Shown here in pieces: positions 27,912-37,808 of a DNA stretch of 64,000 nucleotides. Below the pieces are notes generated by a model. That model did not search any database, was not told where the DNA came from, and saw only the letters and a list, made by a program, of their open reading frames with translations. Numbering within the stretch: position 1 is the first letter of the stretch; every line of letters starts with the position of its first letter. Location of the stretch: positions 9,513 through 73,512 of IMG/VR virus record IMGVR_UViG_3300049927_000163; one strand, written 5' to 3'. This stretch comes from a virus. The position numbers and the translations under genes are program-made.

Positions 27912-28528
27912 TATGTGCTCACTACTGAATATAAAACATAAGCTGAAAATAAGTTGTTATTGGCAACATTTCCTGTAATAGCTGTTCCTTTATTTCCTAT
28001 AACTAAAGGTAAGTTATCAAATTGTGATAAATTTCCAACGGTTGACCCTGATGGCTCGCAATATATTTGGCTAGAAGAAGAATTCATGGCGGATTGTGTC
28101 ATCAATTGAACCACTGATAATCCTGCATTATTATTCCATTCTAAAACTACACCTAAGCTGCCACCTGAAAAGACATTAGTTCCTCCATATGTCATTTTTG
28201 CAGTTACAGCAAGAACAAATAAAACAGTTCCTGCACCCTGCGCCGGAACAATTGTGATAGGAGTGGTGGTTAATGCCTTTATCTGAGCATTGGTTAAGTT
28301 CAGTGTAGCTAGAAAAGTATTTGAGCTAATCGTCTGATAACTTGGCAAAACCCCCGCACCATTTGATATAAGTACTTGACCAGAAGTTCCGGTACCAACC
28401 TCTTGAATATTACCAGTATTTGTAGTTCCAGCGGCAAGTGTAGTATAGGCTGTAAATGAACCTACCCCGAGTCCGCCCTGTGGAACTGTTATAGGATTTG
28501 AGCTATTGATTGCATTATTTGTCGCCAT
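27911..28528 (-). CDS. Tail fibre/tip paralog 2
   Basis: MATNNA.N.SNP.TVPQGG.G; same two-domain layout as its neighbours. Confidence 0.7.
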   Translation of the reverse strand: MATNNAINSSNPITVPQGGLGVGSFTAYTTLAAGTTNTGNIQEVGTGTSGQVLISNGAGVLPSYQTISSNTFLATLNLTNAQIKALTTTPITIVPAQGAGTVLFVLAVTAKMTYGGTNVFSGGSLGVVLEWNNNAGLSVVQLMTQSAMNSSSSQIYCEPSGSTVGNLSQFDNLPLVIGNKGTAITGNVANNNLFSAYVLYSVVST

Positions 28529-28533
28529 TTTAC

Positions 28534-29160
28534 CTAGAGTGTTACTATGTAATAGGATGCTTGTATCGTAAAAGTGTTATTGTTTGCGGCGTTACCAGAT
28601 ATTTCTGTTGCACTAGTGTTTCGAACGTTTACATTTATATTGTCAAACAAGGTTGCTGCACCTAAAGGATTTGAATCCGGACCAAGATAAGCATATTTAT
28701 TCGCATTGCTCGTAATCATAGCATTAACGATTAACCCACCATAAGTAATAGTCGAACCACGGAATATATCAATGGTTTGCGAAGCGCCTGCCACAAAGAC
28801 ATTAGTCCCACCATAATTAAATTTTGCAGCAACATTCAAAATAGATATCACCTTTCCAGCACCTGGAGCGGCAATCAATTCTATAGGTGTAGCATGTAAT
28901 AATTTAACCTGAGCAGAAGTTAAAGTTAATTGAGCTGTCTGTATAGTCAATACAGAAGCTGTTTGCCAAGTTGGTAATGAAGAAGTACCAGTACTGACAA
29001 GAACTTGCCCGCTTGTGCCTAAACCTGACACGTTTTGCAATGCACTTGTGCTAGTAGTTCCGCCAGTTAAAACAGAATATGCCGTAAAGCTTGCATCACC
29101 AGTACCACCTTGTGGAACTGTGACAGGATTACTCATGTTTGTTGCATTATTTGTCGCCAT
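28534..29160 (-). CDS. Tail fibre/tip paralog 1
   Basis: MATNNATNMSNPVTVPQGGTG; C-terminus ATEISGNAANNNT shared with paralog 3. Confidence 0.7.
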   Translation of the reverse strand: MATNNATNMSNPVTVPQGGTGDASFTAYSVLTGGTTSTSALQNVSGLGTSGQVLVSTGTSSLPTWQTASVLTIQTAQLTLTSAQVKLLHATPIELIAAPGAGKVISILNVAAKFNYGGTNVFVAGASQTIDIFRGSTITYGGLIVNAMITSNANKYAYLGPDSNPLGAATLFDNINVNVRNTSATEISGNAANNNTFTIQASYYIVTL

Positions 29161-29166
29161 AAAGCC

Positions 29167-30465
29167 TTAAACCACTGTTATGTTTCCGACGCTACCATAA
29201 ACCTGCCAGACTGAAGATGAACCACCAGTTACGCATACTAGTTGCAAGGAATCTCTTATGGCAGTAGATGCAAGAGATCCACCTGTTCCAGCAGTTGTAG
29301 AGCTAGTACCGAAGAAGATTTGTTGTGATGCATTTTGGGAAATCTTCCACCCGAGGGCAATGTTAATACCAGTCACGTTGAATAAGTCACCAGCTGTAGA
29401 AGAAGCAGGCAAAGTGAGCGTTAGCAATGTGCCCTTATTACAGATATATCCATGACTTGCAACAACTGATTGATCTGCAGTAATCACTGACCAAGTTAGG
29501 CCACCTGCTGCTGGAGCAGAGCTTACCCAGTTCGTTCCGTCACTCGTCATGACATTGCCAGATGTTGAAGGCACTGCATAAGTTTCTGTTGAAGCCACCC
29601 AATTCGTTCCATCGGCCACGATAATTTTACGTATGGTTGCGCTCGCATTGGGGAACGTTGGCGTCGAAGCCACCCAATTCGTACCGTCCGCCACTAAGAC
29701 CTTAGATGTGCCTGTAGCGACTGAGGGGTATGTTGCGGTCGAAAAACTTGGCGCTGCTGAGGCATTGGATTGTAGTACGTTACCTGTTGTACCAGGACCT
29801 GCAAGGATAGCTGGTATACCTGTGTTACCTGTTGTAAGTAGACCGTTATTTCCTGTAGCGAGGCCTGAAATTACACTTGTTGCAGAAGAGTATAGTATCT
29901 GATTGACAGTAGTAGTTGCAGGATAGGTTGCAGTTGTTGCCACCCAGTTTGTTCCATCTGCTCGAAGGATTGTTCCGGTACCTGTAGCGACTGAGGGGTA
30001 TGTTGCGGTCGAATAGGTAGGATCGGCAGAAGCACCACCGGATTGTAAGACTTGGCCTGTGCTACCTGCTGCCGTTGCAACTACTGCACTTGTAGCTTGA
30101 CCAATGACTACGCCATGGTTCGTTAATGTAGTAGCTGAAGGAGGTCCAGAAACGTTGATTGTAGCAGTTCCTCCAAGAGATACTGGAGAACCTGACACTG
30201 ATACATTAGTGCCATTAGAAAGCGTAATTTGGCCAGATCCTGGAAGGGCGCCAGCTGGTATTGCACCAAAAGATGGATCTCCTCCGGTATTGCCATTAAG
30301 GACTTGATTTGTTAGTCCTGCTGTAAGAGAAGTAATAGCATTAGTTGTTGATCCTACAAGAACTGCATGATTTGTTACAGGAAGACCTGAGAATGTAGAA
30401 ACTCCATCAAATCTCATAATCCCAGGAGTTGTCAAATTTAAACTATTTGCCGGTGTGCCTACCAT
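29167..30465 (-). CDS. Tail fibre protein (Gly/Thr/Ser-rich repeats)
   Basis: G.VL.S.... and DGTNWV repeats; internal 33-bp exact duplication at 29711-29743 and 29981-30013. Confidence 0.75.
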   Translation of the reverse strand: MVGTPANSLNLTTPGIMRFDGVSTFSGLPVTNHAVLVGSTTNAITSLTAGLTNQVLNGNTGGDPSFGAIPAGALPGSGQITLSNGTNVSVSGSPVSLGGTATINVSGPPSATTLTNHGVVIGQATSAVVATAAGSTGQVLQSGGASADPTYSTATYPSVATGTGTILRADGTNWVATTATYPATTTVNQILYSSATSVISGLATGNNGLLTTGNTGIPAILAGPGTTGNVLQSNASAAPSFSTATYPSVATGTSKVLVADGTNWVASTPTFPNASATIRKIIVADGTNWVASTETYAVPSTSGNVMTSDGTNWVSSAPAAGGLTWSVITADQSVVASHGYICNKGTLLTLTLPASSTAGDLFNVTGINIALGWKISQNASQQIFFGTSSTTAGTGGSLASTAIRDSLQLVCVTGGSSSVWQVYGSVGNITVV

Positions 30466-30477
30466 ATATTCCCCATA

Positions 30478-30966
30478 TTATGCCATTATCCATGTTGCAT
30501 CGGCTTCAAGTGCCCACCATGTAGAAGAAGCTTCTCGGTATACTAAAATTAGATTGTCTCCTAGAGCAGTGCTTGTAGCTGTTCCGCCTAGTGATGATGA
30601 TTCTGCGCCTACTGCGATGAACTGTGAAGCGTCTGCTTGAACGATTATTGCACCCGTGGTAGCACATATTATGCTTACTGTTTGTCCCTGTGTGGCGCCT
30701 CCTGGAAGACTTACTGTTAAAGCCCCAGTACAAAAGTAACCTTCGTTGACTATTGCTCCAAAATCAACTGCTTCATCAAACCAATTCATGACTCCAGATG
30801 TAGCAGTAATGGTAACGGTGTTACCCGAACCGGAAGTACTTACGGCACCTGAACCAAATACATTAATATTATTAGATGCCGATGTCGCAGTGCCCGAATT
30901 CGTGACAAAATTAATTGGAACGTTGCTTGGTACATTTCCACTTACAGCAATTGAATAACCTGACAT
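30478..30966 (-). CDS. Tail accessory protein
   Basis: C-terminal domain (GY.C...LT..LP...G..V.......Q.I..G...S..GG....TA..D...LV) paralogous to the C-terminus of 29167..30465. Confidence 0.6.
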   Translation of the reverse strand: MSGYSIAVSGNVPSNVPINFVTNSGTATSASNNINVFGSGAVSTSGSGNTVTITATSGVMNWFDEAVDFGAIVNEGYFCTGALTVSLPGGATQGQTVSIICATTGAIIVQADASQFIAVGAESSSLGGTATSTALGDNLILVYREASSTWWALEADATWIMA

Positions 30967-30969
30967 AGC

Positions 30970-31317
30970 TTAACTCGCATAGAAGGTTGACAGATTCACA
31001 TACCCAGTGGATGCGGTACCTTTGGCATAAAATTGTGTATTTGCCGAGGTAGCCAGACTAGTAGACGAATAAGCGTTTGCTGATTCATCTAATGCGTAGC
31101 CTGCACCCGCAGCTAAATCAACATGTCCCTTTACGCCATCCCATGAAATAGTCACAATTACGCCACTATTGTTTACTATTAGTAATGACCTTGATGGATT
31201 TGTAATTGGAGATGCTACGAGATTCTCGTCAAGAAAAGGCTGAAAAGTGCCATCAAAGGACGCACTATTAATTCTTCGTATTGGTTCGGGCAGTAATTTC
31301 TGATGTAAATCAGGCAT
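30970..31317 (-). CDS. Small virion beta-protein
   Basis: 115 aa ORF within the tail cluster. Confidence 0.5.
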   Translation of the reverse strand: MPDLHQKLLPEPIRRINSASFDGTFQPFLDENLVASPITNPSRSLLIVNNSGVIVTISWDGVKGHVDLAAGAGYALDESANAYSSTSLATSANTQFYAKGTASTGYVNLSTFYAS

Positions 31318-31329
31318 ATAATTTCCCTT

Positions 31330-31351
31330 AAAAAAGGGGGATTTCTCCCCC
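31330..31351 (-). terminator. Intrinsic terminator after long tail fibre gene
   Basis: Minus strand GGGGGA-GAAA-TCCCCC followed by TTTTTT. Confidence 0.75.
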
Positions 31352-31356
31352 TATTA

Positions 31357-33543
31357 TTAATTTTGTCTTACAATGAAATAAGCATATGTTGACACATCGC
31401 CTGTCTGTGTTGATCCAGGTGTACCGACAATTAGAGATGTAACAGTAAAGCTAGTAGCATTGATGATTGTGTATGATAACTCACCAAGTGTTGTAGATGC
31501 CGCTACACCAATTCTCTGTAGGAATATCCTATCAGCAGTTGCAATGTTTGTATTAGCGATTGTCTGAGTACCAGCAGTTAGAACACCTGTTCCAATAAAG
31601 TCAGTTACTGCACCGCCATTCAATTGGAGCTGAGTAGCTACATTACCGAGGATCAAGTTACCATTTACTGTGCAACCTCCTGAACCTGTATTAATTACGG
31701 TTGCGGAAGCCCCTGTAATATTGCCGAGGGTCAAGGTTCGCGCTGCGGCCCCTGTACCGATATTTATGGCTTGAGCCACAGCATTGTTACCTACGTTGAT
31801 TGCACCACCTGAACTATTTAAGCTTAATGCACCAACAGCATCTACAGTCACAGCTGCACCTCCAGAAAGTGCAATTGCACCAGAAAGTGCGTTACCTATG
31901 GTCACTGTTCCAGTAGAAGTACCAGAGTTAATCGCTGTGTTAGAGTTTTGGCTAGCATTGATGTTAACAACGCCCAAGAAGTTCATTGTTGTTGAACCAT
32001 CCGCATTTCCCGCGTTCAAGGTCTTAGTACCAGTTCCCGTCAATAGGTTAACTGCCATAGTACCAGCAGCTCTGTTGCCAGTAGCAATCGCTGTGGTATG
32101 TGTACCTGAGGTTACAGCACCTGTAGCGATGTTAGTAAGTACTTGGCCTAGGGTGACACCACCTGAGTTGACATTGACTGTTTTTACGCTGTTTGCGTTA
32201 GTTGTAGCACCGCCAGTACCAAGATTCAAAGTATCAGTTACCGCAGCTACAACAATTGTTCCACCTGAAACAGTGGTTGTTCTTGAAGCAGCAGGAGCAA
32301 TGTTGCAGAAATCTGCTGTAGTCACACGAGTATTGTTACCGATTGCAAGGACACCAGCACCAGCAGTACCAATTCCTGACATGATGTTTACAGTAGTATT
32401 TGCAGCAGAAGCACCGTTTGCTATGTTAATCGTTTGAGATGAAGTATTTATCCCATTTCCAATCGCTAGGGTATTACCATCAACCCCATTTCCTAGATTT
32501 ATGGCCTTCGTCCCATTTCCTGTGGCTAGATTTAGGGTGATAGTCCCTGAAGCGGCATTGCCTGAAAGAATGTTTACGGTTGAGTCTCCAGCAGAGGCGC
32601 CAGCTGCAATATTGATTACTTGTGCACCTGTATTGACCGCGTTACCAATGTTGATTGTCTGGCCAGAAGCTGAAGTGCTACGACCAAGAGTGATAGTGCC
32701 TGTTCCTACAGATCCACCTAGAGTAATGGTACCTGTGGTCATTGCGTTACCGATTGTGACTGAACCAGCGGTTTGTGTATTTCCGAGCACGATAGTATTA
32801 GCTCCAGAGCCTCCAACTGTGATTACACGGGCTGTTGTTCCTATACCTAGGTTAACTGCGCCTGCATCGTTATCAGAACCAAGGCCAAGTGTTGTACCAG
32901 CAGTCTTAACATTGATAGAGCCATTAAATGTTGCAAGGCCTGTTTGAGTTTGGGTACCAACTACTATGAGGTTATCGTCTAGCGTAGTGACACCTGTTAC
33001 ATCAAGAGTACCAGGAAGATCAACGTTTGATGTCCATGCTGGTGCTGTTGCGCCTGCGTTTACTTGAAGAACTTGACGTGCAGTACCAAGAGCAAGTTTA
33101 GAAAGTGTTGTTGAACCAGAAGCGTATAACGTATCGCCAGTTGTATAAGATGTTTGACCTGTTCCACCGTCTGCCGCAGTAATTGCAGAAGAAAAAGATA
33201 TTGTTCCTGAAGCAGTTAGATCTGTAAATGTTGCAGCGGCTGGGGTTGTTCCACCAATTATTCCAGGTGCAGCCATGATAGATGCAATATTAGAAGGCAC
33301 TAAAGCAAGATTAGTAGCAGCTTTCGCAGCAGCTTCACCATTTGTAGCAATTTCTAAGATACCAGCTTGGCTAGTTGATGCAGCAGGTGCACCGAAAGTA
33401 ATTAAACCAGCTACACCCTGTGGTGATACGGCTAGATCGTCTCTAGTTCCTGCAATTGTTTCGGATACAGTTGCGAATTCTACACTACCAAATCTGGATG
33501 TAGATGCTTTTGGTACGCCTAAATAGGCTAATGGACTTGACAT
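31357..33543 (-). CDS. Long tail fibre / beta-solenoid adhesin-like protein
   Basis: AST...G.(V/L)E.AT fibre-shaft repeats followed by regular (T/A)INIG-type solenoid repeats. Start placed at MSSPLAY after GGAGAGCCAA. Confidence 0.75.
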   Translation of the reverse strand: MSSPLAYLGVPKASTSRFGSVEFATVSETIAGTRDDLAVSPQGVAGLITFGAPAASTSQAGILEIATNGEAAAKAATNLALVPSNIASIMAAPGIIGGTTPAAATFTDLTASGTISFSSAITAADGGTGQTSYTTGDTLYASGSTTLSKLALGTARQVLQVNAGATAPAWTSNVDLPGTLDVTGVTTLDDNLIVVGTQTQTGLATFNGSINVKTAGTTLGLGSDNDAGAVNLGIGTTARVITVGGSGANTIVLGNTQTAGSVTIGNAMTTGTITLGGSVGTGTITLGRSTSASGQTINIGNAVNTGAQVINIAAGASAGDSTVNILSGNAASGTITLNLATGNGTKAINLGNGVDGNTLAIGNGINTSSQTINIANGASAANTTVNIMSGIGTAGAGVLAIGNNTRVTTADFCNIAPAASRTTTVSGGTIVVAAVTDTLNLGTGGATTNANSVKTVNVNSGGVTLGQVLTNIATGAVTSGTHTTAIATGNRAAGTMAVNLLTGTGTKTLNAGNADGSTTMNFLGVVNINASQNSNTAINSGTSTGTVTIGNALSGAIALSGGAAVTVDAVGALSLNSSGGAINVGNNAVAQAINIGTGAAARTLTLGNITGASATVINTGSGGCTVNGNLILGNVATQLQLNGGAVTDFIGTGVLTAGTQTIANTNIATADRIFLQRIGVAASTTLGELSYTIINATSFTVTSLIVGTPGSTQTGDVSTYAYFIVRQN

Positions 33544-33648
33544 AAGTTGGCTCTCCGTTATACATTTTCTCGATGGCAATCGAGTCTTTATTTTAATTCC
33601 CCTATACTGGTTGAAAATTAATTTACGAAATGATATTGTCTAAGCTAA

Positions 33649-33888
33649 ATGGACTGTTGCATGAAATGTATAGAATGTGGTAAGATTGGTCCCGACACTA
33701 ATTGGAAATACTGTTCTAGGGCGTGTAAGTGTAAAGGGATAGCTAAATTACCAAGAGGCGACCACAAACAAACTTACATGATTTGTCTTGAATGTGGTGG
33801 TAAATATTGCGTGGTGAATTCACGTGTGAAAAAGACAAAGTTTTGTTCTAAAAGCTGTCTTATGAAAAACACTAGGAAGAAAAAATAA
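33649..33888 (+). CDS. Cys-rich Zn-finger protein
   Basis: Two CxxCG...(Y/F)CS..C units. Confidence 0.55.
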   Translation: MDCCMKCIECGKIGPDTNWKYCSRACKCKGIAKLPRGDHKQTYMICLECGGKYCVVNSRVKKTKFCSKSCLMKNTRKKK

Positions 33889-34139
33889 TGGAAAAGATTG
33901 ATATATTATTATGGGTCGTCGCCGGTGGATTAGGTGCGCAATTCAGCTTGTTAATTTTTATGTGGGGATCACTCAATAGACAAATAGAATTCGTAAATTC
34001 GTCCTTATCATTGAGAATAGAAAAATTAGATGAAAAAATGACGGATATTGACCGTAGACTTTGTAGGCTTGAAGGTGCTTTTTCCGCTAAAGATTGTTGC
34101 AAATTAAATGATAATTCACAGATGAGGAAGGCTGAATAA
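33888..34139 (+). CDS. TM + coiled-coil small protein
   Basis: N-terminal TM helix, then KLDEKMTDIDRRLCRLEGAFSAKDCC, recalled from environmental Chlamydiae hypothetical proteins. Confidence 0.65.
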   Translation: MEKIDILLWVVAGGLGAQFSLLIFMWGSLNRQIEFVNSSLSLRIEKLDEKMTDIDRRLCRLEGAFSAKDCCKLNDNSQMRKAE

Positions 34140-34354
34140 TGGATTGGAATCAAACATTTACTATTTTAATATCTCTTTTTGGTCTAATTTTATGGGTGTT
34201 AAGAGAAATGAAATCAGATAAAGCAAGTGTATCTGCAAGTATAGAAAAACTTTCAGAAGAGATAAAAAAAGAATCACGGGATTTTCACGGAAGACTTTCT
34301 ACCTTAGAAGAAAAATATATACAAATGATGCAAAGATTTATGGAGAGGAAATAA
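34139..34354 (+). CDS. TM + coiled-coil small protein
   Basis: MDWNQ..TIL..LFG..LW...E...D......E..DFHGRL..LEE. Confidence 0.65.
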   Translation: MDWNQTFTILISLFGLILWVLREMKSDKASVSASIEKLSEEIKKESRDFHGRLSTLEEKYIQMMQRFMERK

Positions 34355-34420
34355 TATGTATACTATTTCAATGTTTATCTGTATATATATAATACTTAGG
34401 GATTTAGCGAAGAATTTACG

Positions 34421-36763
34421 TTAATTTTCATCTATCATCTCATTTATAGAATTTGCATTTTTTATAGCTGTTGCCGGATCCAGAGGGCTTCTGAAAGAAC
34501 GAAGTATTCTTCTCATCTTTTCTGAAGTAAAAATTGAAGCACCAAACTGTTTTAAAGCTAATCCTGAAACTGCCATGCCAGTTCCAAGAAGTAAAGATAA
34601 TTGCGGCCCCAGAACTGCACCTAAAGCTAATTTTGATGGTGTTGATAAAGTATTATAGAACTTATTAAAAATACCCGGTTCCTTAATTTTTGATGCGGCA
34701 AGACTCTTAATGATTCCATCTGACCATTGTTCAATATTTCTTATAAACTGTACTCCATCTACTCCCATAATTTCACTCATTACAGTTTCGTAACCGGGAT
34801 CACTTAAAATATCTTTTGCTTTACTCCAATCTATACTGCCATCTTTTGAAACAATAGAATTGAACATATCTTCAACAACTTGTTTTTCAAGGACTTTGAA
34901 TAATTTCTTTCCTTGATCTGTCCTTCCAAATGTTTTCTTTGCAATCGAATATCCTTCGGGAGTTCTCATTGCTTTAAGAGTGAAATCTGGTCGTTCCCCT
35001 TTCGTAATTGAAGCGGACACATCCCCAAGCATATTTTGTTCTAAAAGTCTCGTTTGACCTTTAGATGTCAGATTATCGCCTAAATCTATGAATTTCTGAG
35101 CAGCATTTTTCGCTTTATCAGAAAGGTGAGGAGAAAGATTTTTGAGTGTTTCGGTGGCTTGTTTATGATTCATTCGCCCAATTTGTTCTACAAGCTGTCT
35201 ATCAACATCTTGGACATGCGCGCTTTGTTTGCCAAAAACATTTATTAAATTTTCAAGATTAGAAGGATTTAAGAAATCTGCACCTAAATTTTCTGGAACT
35301 TCTGATTGTCGCAGTTTGCTGATAACATCTTTTCCAAATTTTTTTGCCGTGGCTTTATAAGATTCCTCTGCTTTTTCATAGGCTTGAAGCACTGCGGGTC
35401 TCGAATTTTTAAGAGATGACTTAAATTCTTCCTTAACAGTTCTTTGAAGAGGTCTAAGCCAGTCTTTTACAGAAGGAGAAAGGGTTTCATAATTAATGGC
35501 ATCATTAAGTCTTATAGATAAATCCATAAGTTTATCGGATTTTAATTTATGATTTCCTGATATCATAGAATTATATATAGCTTCAATAGCTTGTTTATTT
35601 CCAGATTGAATTGCGTTTTGTATAGTTTCTATTGTAGGTGAAATTCCAGTTAAATCTTGTATTACATCTTTGACCAAACTTGCAGTTTGACCATATCCAG
35701 TGGGACTAGTTTTTAAACTAGTCAATTTATCGAAAAGTTGTCTAGCCATATTTATAGAATTAACTGGATTAACTTCAATTTTTTCAGCAGCGGTTCGAAC
35801 CCCCTTATAAAGAGGCTCAAAAACCTTTCTTTCAGCCATATACTGTGCGGTTGCAGCTTCTTGCACATCTTTCCATGCTTGCTGTGGTAATTTATCTACT
35901 TTTGCCACATCGTCTAGAATAACTGCTCTGTTACCTTTTGCAATTAAATTTTCAGTTTCTCTTGAGGAAAAGTTACCAAAATCAGAGAGAGCTTCTTTTG
36001 AAATTGCAGAGATTCTATTCTTTGAATCTTTTAATATATCATCACTCAGACTTAATGCTTGTTGTTCTAGGGTTTTTGGAACTTGTGAAGCTTTTCTTTC
36101 AATTTCTAAAGCAGTATTTGGTTTTAAAAATCCAGTCAATAGACCGGCGATTAAATCACCCCAATTCTGTGCACCTTCACTAGCACCTATCATCTTTAAC
36201 GTTTCTTTGGCTCCTAAGCCTGCTCCTTCAGCAAGGACTGCTTGAGCGCCAAGAGCTGGATTTAGAGCAAATAAAGGAGCCGTACGAGTTGCTCTTCGAA
36301 CTAGTTCTTGTTGAAGTCCGCCTTCTGGAATTTCATTCTGAATAGCGCCAATACTTCCAAGCATCGTAGCGCCGCCCGGAGATACGTACTCATCGGACAA
36401 CTCTTGTAACTCTTGCATGGTAGGCATCTGGCCTTGTTGAATCCTTCCAAGAACATCATGCTGTTGGCCAAATTTCTGTTCTTGTTGAGCACCTAATACA
36501 CCTTCAGCTTCTGGAACTCTTTCGTTTATGGGATTTTTAGGTAATCCCATTTGTTCAGCTTGGCTATGTAAGAATGCTTGCATACCTTTTTCAATAGGAT
36601 ACAATGGTAGACCGAGACCAGCCGTTGCAAGATCAAGTCCGCCTTGTTCTAATCCCCTAACGGTTTGTCTTGCATTAGATACGTCTTTAGCGGGTTCAAG
36701 AACTTTAAATTTCTTCTGTTCTTCTTCTTGCTTTTTTGCTTGTTCTAATATTCTGAAAGCCAT
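34421..36763 (-). CDS. Large internal/ejection protein
   Basis: 780 aa alpha-helical protein with hydrophobic C-terminal segments. Third gene of the ejection-protein trio. Confidence 0.6.
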   Translation of the reverse strand: MAFRILEQAKKQEEEQKKFKVLEPAKDVSNARQTVRGLEQGGLDLATAGLGLPLYPIEKGMQAFLHSQAEQMGLPKNPINERVPEAEGVLGAQQEQKFGQQHDVLGRIQQGQMPTMQELQELSDEYVSPGGATMLGSIGAIQNEIPEGGLQQELVRRATRTAPLFALNPALGAQAVLAEGAGLGAKETLKMIGASEGAQNWGDLIAGLLTGFLKPNTALEIERKASQVPKTLEQQALSLSDDILKDSKNRISAISKEALSDFGNFSSRETENLIAKGNRAVILDDVAKVDKLPQQAWKDVQEAATAQYMAERKVFEPLYKGVRTAAEKIEVNPVNSINMARQLFDKLTSLKTSPTGYGQTASLVKDVIQDLTGISPTIETIQNAIQSGNKQAIEAIYNSMISGNHKLKSDKLMDLSIRLNDAINYETLSPSVKDWLRPLQRTVKEEFKSSLKNSRPAVLQAYEKAEESYKATAKKFGKDVISKLRQSEVPENLGADFLNPSNLENLINVFGKQSAHVQDVDRQLVEQIGRMNHKQATETLKNLSPHLSDKAKNAAQKFIDLGDNLTSKGQTRLLEQNMLGDVSASITKGERPDFTLKAMRTPEGYSIAKKTFGRTDQGKKLFKVLEKQVVEDMFNSIVSKDGSIDWSKAKDILSDPGYETVMSEIMGVDGVQFIRNIEQWSDGIIKSLAASKIKEPGIFNKFYNTLSTPSKLALGAVLGPQLSLLLGTGMAVSGLALKQFGASIFTSEKMRRILRSFRSPLDPATAIKNANSINEMIDEN

Positions 36764-36764
36764 T

Positions 36765-37808
36765 TTATTCTTTTATCCATTTTGTGCCGTTAGAACGATA
36801 TTTTTGTCCCTTATCATCTTCAATAAGCATGCCTTCATTATTCTTGGGAGGTGGCATTTTGTCGACTGAAGAACCCTGCTCTAAAGGTTTTTCTTGTGAG
36901 CTTTGCATTTTATTTCTGTTTTTATATAAAGCATCAATTTCTTCGTTCAACGGCTGGACTGCTTCATCAACTAATTGTTGAAAATTTGGCGGTAAGTCCA
37001 AACCAGCTTTGGCGTAAGAATCAGCCATACTTGAGGAGATATCCCCATAAGCATTTTGTATTTGAGCAATTCTTTTAAAATATTGTGAAGCTTCCATATT
37101 TGCTTCAGTTGTCTTAGAAGGTGACATTGCAATACTTTCAAGCCATTTTAATTTAGCATCAGAGAGTCTAAGACCTTTCATGTTAGTAAAATTTGTAATT
37201 ACTTCTTTTGCTTTAGTAGCAAGTATTTGGTCAGATTTACTATAAAATAAAGAAGCCGCTGGAGTAGATTTAAGAGTCCTAGCAACAGCATTACTGGAAC
37301 GTTCAGGATCCAAAATTGCGGCATCCAGATCATCCCAAGTTTCTAACATTTCTTTTGCAACACGTCCGCTTTCTTTCGTTTTTGTAAGATATTCAACATT
37401 TGTTTTTGCCATTTGTTTATTAAAAGGAGTATTCGCGGCGGATCCAACTTTTGGTTGCCCCGCTTGGATGCTTTTAACAGATTCTAAAACATCTTTAACA
37501 GGAGCTCCTTGTTGGAGAGCTTGAGTCATAAATTGATTAACTCGATTCTGATCCCATTGTTCACCTTCTTTAGGTTGCATTTCAGAAAGAGTTTTACCTA
37601 AAGTTTGAGAACCGAGCTTTTGCTGTTCCATCGCTCTTTGTTCATCGGCAAGTTTTCTTTCTTGTGCGCGCTGTTCCAAAGCTACTTGAGAAGCTTCTTG
37701 CTGTTTTTTTTGGCCGCGTTGCATCAAAGCTTGTCCAAGAGTACCAATACCTTGCTGTATCCCTTTCATTCCCCAAGGATCTTCAGGAGCATTAAAAGTA
37801 ATAGCCAT
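36765..37808 (-). CDS. Internal/ejection protein
   Basis: Gln/Lys-rich helical protein ending G.KYRSNG.KW. Position in ejection cluster. Confidence 0.6.
   Translation of the reverse strand: MAITFNAPEDPWGMKGIQQGIGTLGQALMQRGQKKQQEASQVALEQRAQERKLADEQRAMEQQKLGSQTLGKTLSEMQPKEGEQWDQNRVNQFMTQALQQGAPVKDVLESVKSIQAGQPKVGSAANTPFNKQMAKTNVEYLTKTKESGRVAKEMLETWDDLDAAILDPERSSNAVARTLKSTPAASLFYSKSDQILATKAKEVITNFTNMKGLRLSDAKLKWLESIAMSPSKTTEANMEASQYFKRIAQIQNAYGDISSSMADSYAKAGLDLPPNFQQLVDEAVQPLNEEIDALYKNRNKMQSSQEKPLEQGSSVDKMPPPKNNEGMLIEDDKGQKYRSNGTKWIKE

Noticed and set aside
27270-30465. Diversity-generating retroelement or shufflon acting on tail genes
   Set aside because: No reverse transcriptase or invertase, and paralog differences are not adenine-specific.
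31784-33526. Long plus-strand ORFs (217, 148 and 83 aa) and similar antisense ORFs elsewhere
   Set aside because: Shadow frames of biased Gly/Thr/Ala-rich genes on the opposite strand, with no RBS or domain signal.
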